Below the pieces are notes generated by a model. It was given only the letters and a program-made list of their open reading frames with translations. It was not told where the DNA came from and did no database searches. A stretch of DNA of 64,000 nt from Octopus sinensis (lineage: Eukaryota), in contig NC_043000.1 in assembly GCF_006345805.1 (NCBI RefSeq), positions 12,090,001 through 12,154,000 of the forward strand. Reading direction: 5' to 3'. How positions within the stretch are numbered: the first letter of the stretch is position 1; the number at the start of each line of letters is the position of its first letter. A program made the translations under genes and the position numbers. Positions 48,481-61,564 of this stretch are shown here, piece by piece.

Positions 48481-51400
48481 AAGTTAAATCATAGCTGTGG
48501 TCGTTGTCAGTGTCACATAAAAAGCACCATTCAAGAGTTGGGTCTCATAACAGTAATGTGGCCAATACTGGTGTTGCATAACTAGCACCCATGTTAGTGG
48601 CACAGAAAAAGCACAGAGTCCTGGGCCTCATAGCAATAATTAAGACTTTTGACAATATGCTGTGCTTGAGAAGATCCATCATGCCAATTGAAATCGTAGT
48701 CATGGCAGATATTGGTATCATGCAAACTGACATCTGTGCCAGTGGCATGTAAAAGCACCTATTACATTCTCAGAGTGGTTAACATTAGGAAGGACATCCA
48801 GCCATAGAAACCATACCAAATCAGACTAGAGTCTGCTGCAGCCCTTCAGCTTACCAGCCCTGGTCAAAGAGTCCAACCCACGACAATATGGACAAGAGCC
48901 GCTAAATGATGATGGTTCTGGGTTCAGTTTCACAGTGTGACACTTTGGTTTCTTGTGAGTAGATTTGGTAGATGGAAACTGAAAACAGGTCATGTACCAT
49001 GTAGTGGGACCAAGCAAACTTTTCAAACCAGTCACACCTACACTCGAGTATATATTTTCCAGACAAGTCACTAAAATATTTAGCACAGTTGCAATATCTG
49101 GCGAAAAATTTTAGATTTTCATAGATTATCAGAGAATCATACAAATGCATTTTCCATGATAATCTTGTTTGTAAGACGTGTGTGTGTGTGTGCACTATGA
49201 ACCGGCAACGCCTGATCATAGTGCTAGTGCATGCATGCGTACATACACGCAAGTACTGTCCAAATCTCCGACCAATCACATACAGCTAGCTAGCATTCAA
49301 TTGGCGTATCAAGTTTCGGGCATTTTGATTGGGTTTTGGATAGAAAATTCACAAAAAAGTCACTTTTATTGATCTTTTTAATGGCTTTGCGGGGTGACTG
49401 GGGAAATGTAAAGATGTGCACGACCACCCTTTGATGGTTTTGAATGACCATAGAAAGTGCGAGTCCCTCTAACTGAAAAATTGTGGATTTGTATAAAGGA
49501 CACACACACAGTCAGACATTTTGCCGTTTATATATATAGAGATATGTATATATGATAGATAGATAACAGTTTTAAGGTATGCAAAAATAATTCTAGCTTT
49601 CAGGTATATCTATGAAGTCATTGTACTGACAACTAGTGACTTCCTATATTAAATCCATGCAATGGTTAGTGAATAAATGGCATTGATGTTTGTATTTCTA
49701 GTACTTTGAAGTAAACTTCTAAATTACTTTTTAAAAAAAAACAGTCTTTTCACATTTATCAGACATTTTTATATGTAAATAGCTTCATTAAAATCAGCAT
49801 ATTTTCCCTTTAGTTTTCTGCAATTTCTTTCAGAATGTAACTTTATGTAAGATGGAAACACTGTGTGATGAAGACTTTAAATACTAGCCACCAGCACACA
49901 GCGAATATTTTCAATATTCCTACCATTACAACTTTTTAATGTCATGTATATTATACCCGAAGATTTCAAAAACTATGTTTGTTATCCAAATCGTTTTGGA
50001 ATGTGTTTTATGGTTAAATATATTAAACAAGAAAAGTTCAAGTCATACTAAATGTTGGAAGACATTATGCAAATTTGACAAGTAATCTTACATGAAGTAA
50101 TAAATTTTCTTTAAAATTTCATTGAAAGGCAGAGAAGCATCTTATATGTTTGCATATACACCAATGCATGTGCACACCTATTACATACACTTATACAGAT
50201 GCTGTTTCCTTGCTAAGAAAAATTTATTACCAAATGTGATTACTGGCAACAGATTTGCATAATTTCTATAAACAGAATTGGTATGACAGACATTTTCTGT
50301 ATAATATAATAACCATAAACCTACCTTCCAAGAGGATTTGTGTGTTTGTGTATACACACCCAATCCTGAAATATTAAGATTTTTTAGTTAAAATAAAATT
50401 TAAAGACAATATACTACTAGTAAAGAACCATGGTTACAGGTAGTAACTGATCCCTTTACATTACCAATGCCCTTAGATTTATTAAACTGCCAGTGATAAT
50501 GGTATATAAAATCTGACAGGGCCGATGAAAGAGATGACTAAGCACCTGTGGAGGACACAAGTCTATTAAAGACTCCTTTTATTTATTTAAGCTGAAACAT
50601 CTGACCCTGAAAGAATAAGGATTGCAGCAGTCTTAGTGCAATAACTGACCAATCTCAAGGAAGACGAAAAATAATAATAAGCAAGTGCAAGTGAACCTTA
50701 TTTTACTTGCAGACGGCAAGGCGAAGGCATGGATGTGTGGTTAAGAAGCTTGCTTCCTGATCATGTGGCCATGGGTTCAATCCCACGTTGTGGCATCTTG
50801 TGCAAGTGCCTTCTCCTGTAGACCAAAACCTTGGAAGCAGATTTGATAAACTGAAAGTGTGCACATGTATGTGTGTATATTCATGTGTATTCTTCTCTTG
50901 ACAAACAACGGAATGTTCATTTCTTATCTTCCATGAAAACATCTTGCCAAGGGAAATATCACATACTTTGGAAAAAGGTGAAGGTTGTAAGAGGAAGGGC
51001 ATCTGGCTATAGAAAATTTGCCTCAACAAACTGCCTGAACCATGAAAGCATGGGAAAATGGGCAGTAAATGATGATATAACTACAAGAATCAGACTGTTT
51101 ACCACCCCACCAAACATTAACAGTGAAGTGTGGACTAGATAGAACATTTTAGAGATATTAATTTAAATACACTCTTAGTGAAGCGAATCATACTCAGATT
51201 TCTTGACATCAGTCCTACATTAGTTATCAGAGTAACAAATAGGCAATTTGGGACAATCAAAATATAAAAATACATGAAAAAAGTTCTTTAATACAGTCTT
51301 CTGAAGAAATGAAATCTTTCAAGATATCCTGGTAAATAACAAAAGCAATTTTCAAAGAATTTGAAGTGTCAGTAATGATATTAAGAAGTGTCAGTTTAAT

Positions 51401-51679
51401 GTCTCACAAAAGAGGTGGGCTGACCAGAAGTCTGTGGATTTTAATGGAAAATTAAACAAGAGAAAAATATATATAAATGTTCTTTTTCATGTTACATATA
51501 AGTATATCTTCACATTTTAATTCAAGTCATGCTGTTTTATGTTTTGAAACTAATGTATGAAAACAGTTTAACTGTATGTTTTGATGTTACACAACACCAC
51601 TTCAAGGAAATTGTTTCATAACAAATTACAAATATTAGAATTAAGTCAATTCTTTATGAAATAGAGAATCGTTCCAAAT

Positions 51680-52010
51680 CAGTGGTTCTCAACCGCGGTC
51701 CATACAAGATTTTGCAGGGTCCATGCAAGCAAAACAGTAAATTGGGGATCTACAGTAGTATATTGAGGGTCCATGAAAAAATGTAATTTGGATGTATTTA
51801 TTACCAGAAACAGCCAGATTTCTTCCTTTGACATTTTACATATTTCAAATTACACAAGTTAATGTGGTGAAAGCCAAAATAGGAATTTTGAAAAAAGTAT
51901 CTATAAAACCAGCTTTGAAACATCGAATGACTATAGGAGTTCACCAGAAAAAATTATAATCAAAGGGGTCCATAGGTAAAAAAAAAAAAAAAAACGGTTG
52001 AGAACCACTT
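51680..52010. mobile_element. hAT-type MITE
   Basis: TIRs CAGTGGTTCTCAACC and GGTTGAGAACCACT. Confidence 0.8.
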
Positions 52011-53311
52011 AGGTAAATGTTAGTGTGACATTATGAGTTGATAACTAGACTTACAAACTGAAAGCAAAGAGGTTAAATTATTTATAGAAACAGCAAAATT
52101 CGCTGAGAATAAAATACAGTTGTTTGACTAATTTTCAGTTTGTACAGGTTTATTTGAGAATCGGTCAGGTGTAAAATGAATGCTCAGGTGAAATTTTATC
52201 AACATTACAGTATTTTTTCATACTTGACTGATGACGAAATATCTCCATCATAATAGCATTTTCTTTGGACAAAGAGTCTACAGATGCTTTAAAAAAATAC
52301 TCATTACAACTTCCAAAAAAATGTTTTTTTACTGTTTAGGGTACCCAAGTTTGAACTGTGGTACTTTAGTTAAGATGTTTGCAAAACTTAAAATACTGAG
52401 GCATGACCAGAAAAAGAGGGTCAAATGGAAAACTAGAAAAAGAGAGACAGGGAGATATTATCATCGTTTTTAGAGACACCAGATGATAGTTTCTTTACAT
52501 GTCTTACTGTCAAGGCCAAGCTATGCCGCCAGAGAGGTGAGAGAGAGAGAGGCAGCAAGCAACATGTCAAGTCAAGGAACGATAATCAATGATAGGTGAG
52601 AAATGAATTTAAATCTAAACTTGATTAACAACAGCATGGCACAGGTTGGGCGGTACAGGTGCCAATAACCTAGATAAAGTCGGGAGTGTAGCCTGGAGCC
52701 AAGTGCCTAGCAGCGAGGCTGTTTCGAGACATGCCCCAAGCTGTGATGCTGCAAACAATAACCAGTCGTATGTAATGGTTGGTAAGACGACAGTAGAAGG
52801 TAAGATGCTTGTCATAGCAGCAGTAGTAGTAGTGATGGCGATGGTAGCAGCAGCGAAGTCAGGGTACATACATCTACCATTATGCAGCAGTGTCAGGGTA
52901 ATAAGACCTCAACTATTTTGCACTTCACTGCAGCTTCATCATTCACATCACCGCAGCCACCACCACCATCGTCGTCGTCGTCGTCTTCCTCTGACCAAAG
53001 CCGTCAACAAAACCTTTAAACATCACAGCACTGATCTAAGTTATGCCTAATTTTGAAACGGAGAAGTATTCTAACAAATTATTTCAACTACAAACGATAA
53101 TATACAAAGTACAGAAAAGGGCGAATATGAGACGTTCATGCCGTCCACATAGGTACGAACGAATTAAACTAAACGTTCCTATAAAGAAAAAAAAATTTGA
53201 AAACGGGTCAGATTCAACGAAGACTCTCTCCCGCCATATATAATATTTAATGTTTTTATTTTCAAATTCAACCAGCATCAACAATGATAACGAGAGGCAG
53301 AAGTAACTTAC

Positions 53312-53405
53312 TTTGATGTTTATCCGCCAAAAGAATCAGCGAGCTAGATATATCTCTCCGCCGATAAAAACACATAACTTTAGCCTCGACATTGCCATTC
53401 GGAGT
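53312..53405 (-). CDS. MTA1: MTA family protein, coding exon 3 (BAH domain)
   Basis: Acceptor TTTTAG, then 94 nt encoding [31 protein letters not shown]+1 nt, then donor A|GTAAGT. Matches the MTA BAH sequence GNVEAKVxCFYRRRD. Confidence 0.95.
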
Positions 53406-54390
53406 CTAAAATAATAACAACAATTTTTTTTTTAAAACACACACAAAAAAAAAAACTTTTGAAATCAAAGTTTCTAAATTTGAATTTTTTTTTTTTTCAT
53501 CAAAAAATCAAAACAGTTTTTTTTTTAAACTTAAAAAAAACAAAACAAACGTATCTACTTTAAATATAATTTCTAAAGTTTTATTTTTTCTTCTTTCAAT
53601 ATTTGATAATTAAATGATCTCATGAAAAAAAAAAAACAAAGATAAAAAAGACATACTTTTTATTTATTATTATTTATTTTTTTTTTAGTTAAATGAAGAG
53701 TTGAGAGGAGGTATCAATATGAAAGGCTATTATGTATGTGTGAATAAGAGCAAACATGATATAGCGGGTGGGAGAAGGAAATTGAGAGATCAGGGGGGAG
53801 GAAAGGCAGCGTTAGAGAGGGAGAGAGCGAGAGAAGCAGCACACATACATAGAGAAGGCTAACACACACACATATACATACATACATACATGTATGTATG
53901 TATATAACTAGACGTCGTTGGAAGGTGAAGACGAAAGCGGATTCTTTAGAAGCCATGGCAGCCATTGGACAAGTTGAAACAATCACAACAATGAAGGAAG
54001 AAAATGATGGTGGTGTCAGCAGAGACAGGAAATACCATCCACACTGGATAATCGATTTAAAGTGAAGAAAATAGTGGACAGTGAAATATCAGACACCCTT
54101 TCGGACCTTAAGGAGAAATATTTTTTTTACTTAACCGCCAACGGCTTCTCAATCCCCCTCCCTCTCTTTCTCACTATATATATACATATATATATATAAT
54201 TTATTTATTTATTTATTTGTGTACGTATAGACCTAGATTTGATTAATAAAATATTTTAGTTTCAAACAGACTATGTGAAAAAAAAAAAGACCTGATGTTT
54301 CTAAGAATGGAGAGTTTTTTGAAACTCATGCCTTTCCAAAAGACTGATATTTCAGTAAATTAATGAAAAGTGAAATATTTCCAGACAGGC

Positions 54391-54800
54391 ATCGAAACCG
54401 GATCGCAGACTCGATTACCCGAGAAACGACCAATGAAATTATGGCTTTGACTTAAGCACAAGGATCTGGGTTTGCCTTTTTATATATATGTATACCGAGG
54501 GGTGGGGTTTGTACAGAATCCTGTACAATTTATCCCCTTTCCAATGATCATTCAATCATGTTAAAAGAATATGATTCTACACGAGAATCGAAACCGGATC
54601 GCTGACTCGATTACAAGAAAAACGACCAATGTAATTATAGGTTCTATTCGATTAAGTACCAAGCATTTTTATTTCTTTTTTAGCGCGAGGGGACATAGAT
54701 TATTGTGAAGCTCAGAGCTAGCTCCATTAAACGAAGCAAAAACGGTTCCAGGCAGGATTCGAAACCGAATTGTAGACCGAGTCGAGAAACAACCAATGAA
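54391..54800 (+). promoter_or_regulatory. Cluster of three ~50-bp CCAAT-containing modules in MTA intron 2
   Basis: Consensus (A/T)TCGAAACCG(G)AT..AGAC..GA....GAAA..ACCAATG(A/T)AAT at 54391, 54587 and 54758. A partial fourth copy (ATCGAAACCGGATCGCAGA) lies at 55513. Confidence 0.5.
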
Positions 54801-55981
54801 ATAATAGGCCATGTCACACCATATTTTTTTTTCTCGCTACATACTGACCATGAAATAGGAAACACACACACACACACAATCATATACACTCTTATCAGTG
54901 CTCCATCCCTCCCTACTTCCCTGTCCACATCTGGAAGGAGAACCTAGTCTACCCCCTCCATTAGTCAGGGAGTTTATAGACATCCAAGATGTAGGTGAGT
55001 GTGTAGCTAATATTAGATAATATCCTATCTACCATGGCGGCGGATGGGTTGGAGAGAGGAGACACACAACACAGGCAAGTACTATTTCTAGCCATGCCAC
55101 ACACACACACACATTAAGTGGCCAGGCGATCCCTCTTCACTAGCCATATTCAGACCAAAGACCACCACCACTACCACCATCAACAACAGCAGTAGTGCTG
55201 TGTACTGTAATCGAACTCTGTAATCCAGTTTAGTATTGGTTGAATTTTAAACCAACATGATAAAATAAAACTCCAGCCTAAGTGGAACGCATTGTTAGAG
55301 AGATAGAGAGAGGGGAGTTTATGCGTGTGAGGGTGAGACATTGTTAAAGATACACACACACAAAAAAAAAAGGACTAATATATATATATATAAAAAATGA
55401 GTGTTTCTGTAATTACAAGTTTTGCGGGAAAGGGAGGCAGAACGGGGAGGCATTCATGCCACATGAAAAGGTTTTACTGCGCCATAAGCCAAGTAAAATA
55501 GTACAAGCGGGAATCGAAACCGGATCGCAGATAGATTTGATCCGCCTTTAAATACGTACACTAACAGAGCGTAAACGGACACACAGACACGAAATAAAAA
55601 AAAAAACACTAACCAATAAAGAAATGGAAAATACGAAATATTTTATTTAAATTTTAAATCACAGGTAAGAGGGTTCAATTCACTTGTGGTCACTTTTTCA
55701 CACAAGTGGAGATAATAATGGCGTTGCAGCGAGATTTGGTTTCTCAGCTGAGACGTGTATATGTGTGTGTGCACATATATGCGAGTGTATAGATGCATGT
55801 ATACATGTATGGATATATATACACACACACATATATATATATTGAAGAGAGAGAAGGGAGGGACAGATTGTGCAGGGGCGGATACAAGACAAAAGATTCT
55901 CAAAATTGTATATAAAGCGTGTGTGTATGTGTTTGCTTAGATATAAGCGCATACACACACACAGATATAAATTATTCCTAC

Positions 55982-56049
55982 CTTATTAAGCTCCTCGATA
56001 CGCCGGATTTGATATGGGGTAGTCGAGGAAGTCTCAAAATATACATAGT
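55982..56049 (-). CDS. MTA1: MTA family protein, coding exon 2 (BAH domain)
   Basis: Acceptor TTTCTCTTTTCCAATTTCAG, then 68 nt encoding (D)YVYFETSSTTPYQIRRIEELNK, then donor AAG|GTAGGA. In frame with exon 1. Confidence 0.95.
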
Positions 56050-56271
56050 CTGAAATTGGAAAAGAGAAATATTTTAATAACAATATATATCATCAAAAAT
56101 AAACAGCACGGATATACACATACAAATATATATTTATGTCTGTTGAAAATATACACACGTAATTACAAGAGCATGGCTGTAAATTAAGATATTTATATAT
56201 AGTGATAATATTATATAACCCAGCGGTATACAAGAGATCTAAACTATAAAATAATCTTTCTATATATACAT

Positions 56272-56307
<36 letters not shown>

Positions 56308-56578
56308 AAGTACGCACATGGGTATATAACAAGCATGATCATATATATATAAATATATATATGTAAAATATTAGAACGCACATGTATAGTCTAAGTGCAA
56401 AACTATTACATTAAAATAAATTTTTTGTATGTATATGTACATATATATTTTAATATGGTAACCTTATACATAGCGGGATGCTTCTGAGCTCCCACAACGA
56501 TTCGAACCCATACACACGTATAGATCTTACTTATCTCCTAGGCCAGCCAGCACGAGCCTCTGCGTGTGTGTATATTAC

Positions 56579-56609
<31 letters not shown>

Positions 56610-57962
56610 TATAAAATCGATAGACAGGTATGCATATTCATGTATGTTGCTGTGGATGTTATATACCATAGATTTATACACACATACATAGATGTTCAGG
56701 TTAAGCAAGAGTTCGGTGAAAGAAACGCTGAGAAATAGTTCCGATCCACCGACATAACGTTTCATGGTGATTTTTTCTTATTTTATTCTATATTCTAAGA
56801 GTATGTACGTAAGTGTGTGTGTGTGTGTGTATGTCCGTGTGTGTGTGTGTGTAGCTGTGTGTAGCTGGCTGTGTAAATGTGTCTCTTGTCTATGTATGTG
56901 TGTGTACTTTATTTCATTTCGCTTAACCTCATTAAATTTAATAACAAATAAATCAAATTATAACATCCGAGTAAACAATGATGATATTATTAATAATGAT
57001 GATGATGATGATGATGGTAATGGTAATAACGATGGCGAGGACGGTGGGAAAGAAGGTAAGAAAAGTGCGAGAGAGAGATGAGAAAATAATATAAGGAATA
57101 AAAGACAAGAAAGAAACGAAATGTGAAAAAGAAACATGGCCCCGGTCAAAGGAGAAGGGTGAAAGAGAGTCGAGGGTGAAAGAGAGAGACAATAAGGCAG
57201 AGTGAAAGAGAGAGAGAAAGGTATAGAGACGAAATATTAAATATATATATATGTATATATATATATAATAATATAGTAAGTTGGATAAAAGAAAAAATGG
57301 AAAAATAGTAAAAGAGACATGGTGAAAGAATTAGATCAAGAGAGAAACATATAAACAGTAGAAAAGACAGAGAAATGGAAGAGAATGAGGGAGCAGGAGA
57401 AAAACATGGAGACAGGGTGAAGGGAAAGATAGTAAGAAGAGAAGTATAGAAGAGAGACATTAGGGGACATCTTTCTAATAAAGGGTGATGGGGATTTTGG
57501 TGGGGTATCTTTTTTTTTTTTTTTTTCTTGTCTCTCTCCTGTCCTCTCTTGTTCCAATCTCTCTCACCCACCATCGTGTGGTGGTGTAACCCAGGGGCGC
57601 TGAGAACTTTTAAACAAAACTTTGTGCCCCCTTTTTTTTTTTTAGTAAATTTCGTATAACTAGTTTTTCAGAAATAACATCCAATTCCTTGAAGCACTTC
57701 AAATACCAAATTCTAAAGCAATCCGAAATAAAAACATAATCACACACGTCTCGTAGATTTTTTTTTTTTTTTTTCAAAAAAAAAAAAAAGACAAGATAGA
57801 CAGATTGAGCAAAAAAATAAGAGACAAGCAAGAGAGAAATAAAACTGAGAAAATAAGAATAAATATATAAGAGGCCGCTACCAGCGCGGAGGTGGCGGGT
57901 TCAGTCCATCAGTGATATAGATATACATAAATACATATATACACGGTAAAATCGATACGTAC

Positions 57963-57990
57963 CTCCTACCCGGTACATATTTGCCGCCAT
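57963..57990 (-). CDS. MTA1: Metastasis-associated protein (MTA1/2/3 family, NuRD subunit), coding exon 1
   Basis: Reverse complement reads AAAATG GCG GCA AAT ATG TAC CGG GTA GGA G|GTACGT = MAANMYRVG(D), the MTA-family N-terminus. 28 coding nt followed by a GT donor (phase 1). Confidence 0.95.
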
Positions 57991-58099
57991 TTTCGACAAT
58001 TCCTTGTGATAAGTTACAACAAGTGATTATTTATGTAGCTGTAAAGACTTCCGACAATAGTACTTTTCCCAAAAAAATCGCAGTAAAGGGCTCGGAAAA

Positions 58100-58260
58100 G
58101 TCACCCCCTGATACGACACATATATCATGGAGTCGCCATTTCTCGGACCTGCTGTCTTCCTCCTCTCTTCACACGTGACGTCATTCGTCCTTCGGCAACG
58201 TTCGGCTTTTTCACTGGAAAATTTGGCAAACAAATTCTGCCTCTCGAAAAATATATATAA
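58100..58260 (-). promoter_or_regulatory. MTA proximal promoter / 5' UTR with overlapping E-box and CRE
   Basis: CpG-rich segment ~110-270 nt upstream of the MTA ATG. CACGTG (58172-58177) overlaps a palindromic TGACGTCA (58176-58183). YY1-like AAATGGCG occurs near 58135-58142 and at the start codon. Confidence 0.55.
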
Positions 58261-58623
58261 ATATGTATCACACATCCAGCATGTCTTCTGTAAACTTCAA
58301 CTAAATTTATCAGACATAAAAAAAAACTCTAACTTGCTGCAGTCGGGCTGCTTCAGTTACTTTAGTGTGTTTTTGTTGTTTTTTATATTATTGTGAGGTT
58401 TCGTTTCGTCTGGCTTGCAGAGGGGGAAGGGGTGTATTTTGTAGCTTTTTGTTTTTATTGTGTTATTTATTAGTTTATTTAAGTCGAACTTAATTTTTTT
58501 TGGTCTAAAAAGATCGATTTTCGAACTTTATAATTAGTAACGATTAATTATTTAGGAACAATTTGATAACAATAATTTTGTAAGTGTGAAAAAATAAGAC
58601 CCAAGTAGATACAATGATATATA

Positions 58624-58655
<32 letters not shown>

Positions 58656-58660
58656 CATAC

Positions 58661-58697
<37 letters not shown>

Positions 58698-59958
58698 GAA
58701 AGAGAATGTGAGTGAGGGAGATAGACAAATAGATATGTGTATGTGAGAATGAGTGTGTACTCCAATAGTGGTATGTCCCTTATATCCTTCACTTGAGTTT
58801 AGATTAATTTCTAATCTCTTCTATTAACGCCCATCGTTGAACTCCTTATATTTTTCTTTTTCATAATTTTTTTTTTTGCATTTTTAAGGATTCACTTTTT
58901 TGAAGTTATCTTCTTTTTTAAAAAAAAATATTCAATCCATCTTAAATAATTTTGTCTCGCAAATTTCTCTCCCTTTCAACCGCTGGCCGTACTTCCTTGT
59001 CTTCTCTCATAAGATCTTTCATATTGCTGTTGCTGTTGTTAATGGAGACACAAGACAGGGCTGCTCTAATCTCGCTCTCTCTCTTTCTTAAATTAAAAAA
59101 AAGAAATCGCTTCAATACTCTTTCTTTCTCATTTTTTTTTCTTATAAAATTTCCCTCTCTCTCTTTCTACACCATATCCTGTTTTTTCCTTTATTTATTT
59201 TTTTCTTTATGAAATTTTCCCTCCTTTTTTATTACTCTCACTTTTCACTTGCTCTTTTCTCTCAGTCTCTCTTTCTCATTATTTCACTATCTTTTCGACC
59301 CCTTTTATTTTTTTCTCTCCCTCTATTTTTTTCTATATATCTTTTTCTCGCTGCTATTTTCTTTATATCCCTGCCTTCACTCCCTCTTTCACTCTCTCTC
59401 ACTCTCTGTTCCCCCCCTTTATGTTTTGAGTCTTTCACTCTTACTCTTCCTCCTTTTTTTTCCTTTCGCTTTTCCTCCTCCACTTCGTCCTCCCTTTCTT
59501 TGCTCTTTCTATCTTTCATTCTCTCTCTCCCTCCCTCATTCTCTCTCTCTCTATTTTCTTTGTTCTTTCTCTTCCATTTCTCACACTTTCTTTGTTTCGA
59601 CCCTTCTCCCACTATAATTACTCTATGTATCTATCTACCATGCTTTCACTTATATTTCCTTTTTCTCTTTCCTCTCTAACCAAAATTTGGCTGACCTGAT
59701 CAAATTTATTTCCTTTATTTCGTTTCTCCTCTTTATCGAATGTCATAACACCCATATCTTTAATAATTGAGGTTGACTAAATATATAAATGTGTCGTTCA
59801 CGTAAGGTATCTAGTTAGGGACACACACATGCACATATCTATGTATATGTGTGTGTATGTATGTATGTATGTATGTATGTATATGTGTGTGTCTGAATGT
59901 GCATACAATATATGTGGATGTATATAATATATATATTTATGTATAAACATGTGTGTGG

Positions 59959-59993
<35 letters not shown>

Positions 59994-59994
59994 T

Positions 59995-60220
59995 TTACGA
60001 GTTTCAGTCATTTGACTGCAGCCATGCTGGGGCACTGCCTTGAATTTTTTTTTGGTCGAACTAATTGACCCCAGTACTTATTTGCTTTTTAAGCCTGATA
60101 CTTATTCTATCGGTATCTTTTGCCGAACCGCTAACTTATGGGGACGTAAACACACCAATGCCGGTTGTCAAGTGGCAGTGGGAGACAAACGCATACATAT
60201 ATAATACACACACACGCACG

Positions 60221-60272
<52 letters not shown>

Positions 60273-60420
60273 ACAGGCTTCTTTCAATTTCCATTACCAA
60301 ATCCACCCGCAAGGCTTTGGTTGGCCCGGGGCTATAGTAGAAGACACTTGCCCAAGGTGTCACGCAGTCGGATTGAACCCAGAACCATGTGGTTGGGAAG
60401 CAAACTTCTTACCACACAGC
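59995..60420 (-). mobile_element. SINE family B
   Basis: Reverse-complement copy with several CpG>TpG/CpA changes. Confidence 0.8.
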
Positions 60421-60633
60421 ATACACCCTCACCTGGACCTATCTATCTGTGGTCCCTTATTCACCAGTCATTATATTCAACCTTACCCAGTTTCTATAGT
60501 TGTTGCTTACCTACCCTCCTCTCTCACTCATTCTCCATCTCTGACTCTGCCAAACAACCCTGCAACCTGCCACACATTCACACTCCTGCTTCTTCTATCC
60601 TTCTCATATCTACACACCTCATACCCTGAATGT

Positions 60634-60938
60634 GTGGAGGCACATGGCCTAGTGGTTAGAGCAGTGGACTCGCGGTCGAGGGATCGCGGGTTCGAATCTC
60701 AGACCGGGCAATGTGTATGCTTATGAGCGAAACATCTAAGCTCCACGTGGCTCCGACAGAAGATAATGGCGAACTTCTGCTGACTCTTTCGCCACAACTT
60801 TCTCTCACCCTTTCCTCCTGCATCTTGCAGCTCACCTGCGACAGACCAGTGTCCTGTCCAGGTGGGGAACCTATACGTCAAGGAAACCGGAAAACTGGCC
60901 CTTATTAGCCAGGTGTGGCTCAAGAAGGAACAAACAAA
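60634..60938 (+). mobile_element. tRNA-derived SINE family A2 (same head type, different body)
   Basis: GTGGAGGCACATGGCCTAGTGGTTAGAGCAG..GGTTCGAATCTC. 14-bp TSD CATACCCTGAATGT. Confidence 0.88.
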
Positions 60939-61244
60939 CATACCCTGAATGTCCACCCAGACACCTCATCACCACTATTTCGATCTGTTTCTAGTTCCAC
61001 ATGTGAGAAGTCATGTACCTCCTCTCCAATCCCAAAAATCCTGTTCTGCCCTGACCCCTTCTTATACTTTTATCCCCTCTTCTCTTAGCATAAAACCACC
61101 TTCTCAGGGACTGTAGTCTGCAAGCTGAATGACAAACTCAGTAGTGCTGATGGCGTGAAAAAAAGCACCTAGTACATGCCGTAAAGCGGTTGGCATCAGG
61201 CAGGACATCCAGCTATAGAAATCATACCTAAGCAGATTATATAG

Positions 61245-61564
61245 CAGCTGTTCTCTACCAGGGTCCATATGGCCCCTGAGGTTCCATATAAGATTTTTGG
61301 GAGTCCACAAAACAAAATAGTAAACTGGGAATCTACAATAGTATTTTAAGAGCCCCTGAAAAAAATTTGCAAGAAACAGCTAGGTTTCTTTCTCTAACGT
61401 TTTACATAGTTTAACTTACACAAGTTAATGTTTAAAAACAAAATAGGATTTTTGAAAGAAGTTTCTATATAACTTGATTTTAAACAACAAATGGCTATGG
61501 GGGTCCACCAGAATAAAATACTAATCAAGGGGAGTCCATAAATAAAAAATGGCTGAGAACCCCT
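61245..61564. mobile_element. hAT-type MITE, diverged second copy
   Basis: Internal sequence is colinear with 51680-52010; TIRs are degraded. Confidence 0.65.

Noticed and set aside
58800-59680. Phe/Leu/Ser-rich ORFs upstream of MTA
   Set aside because: CT-rich low-complexity sequence; the ORFs are compositional artefacts.
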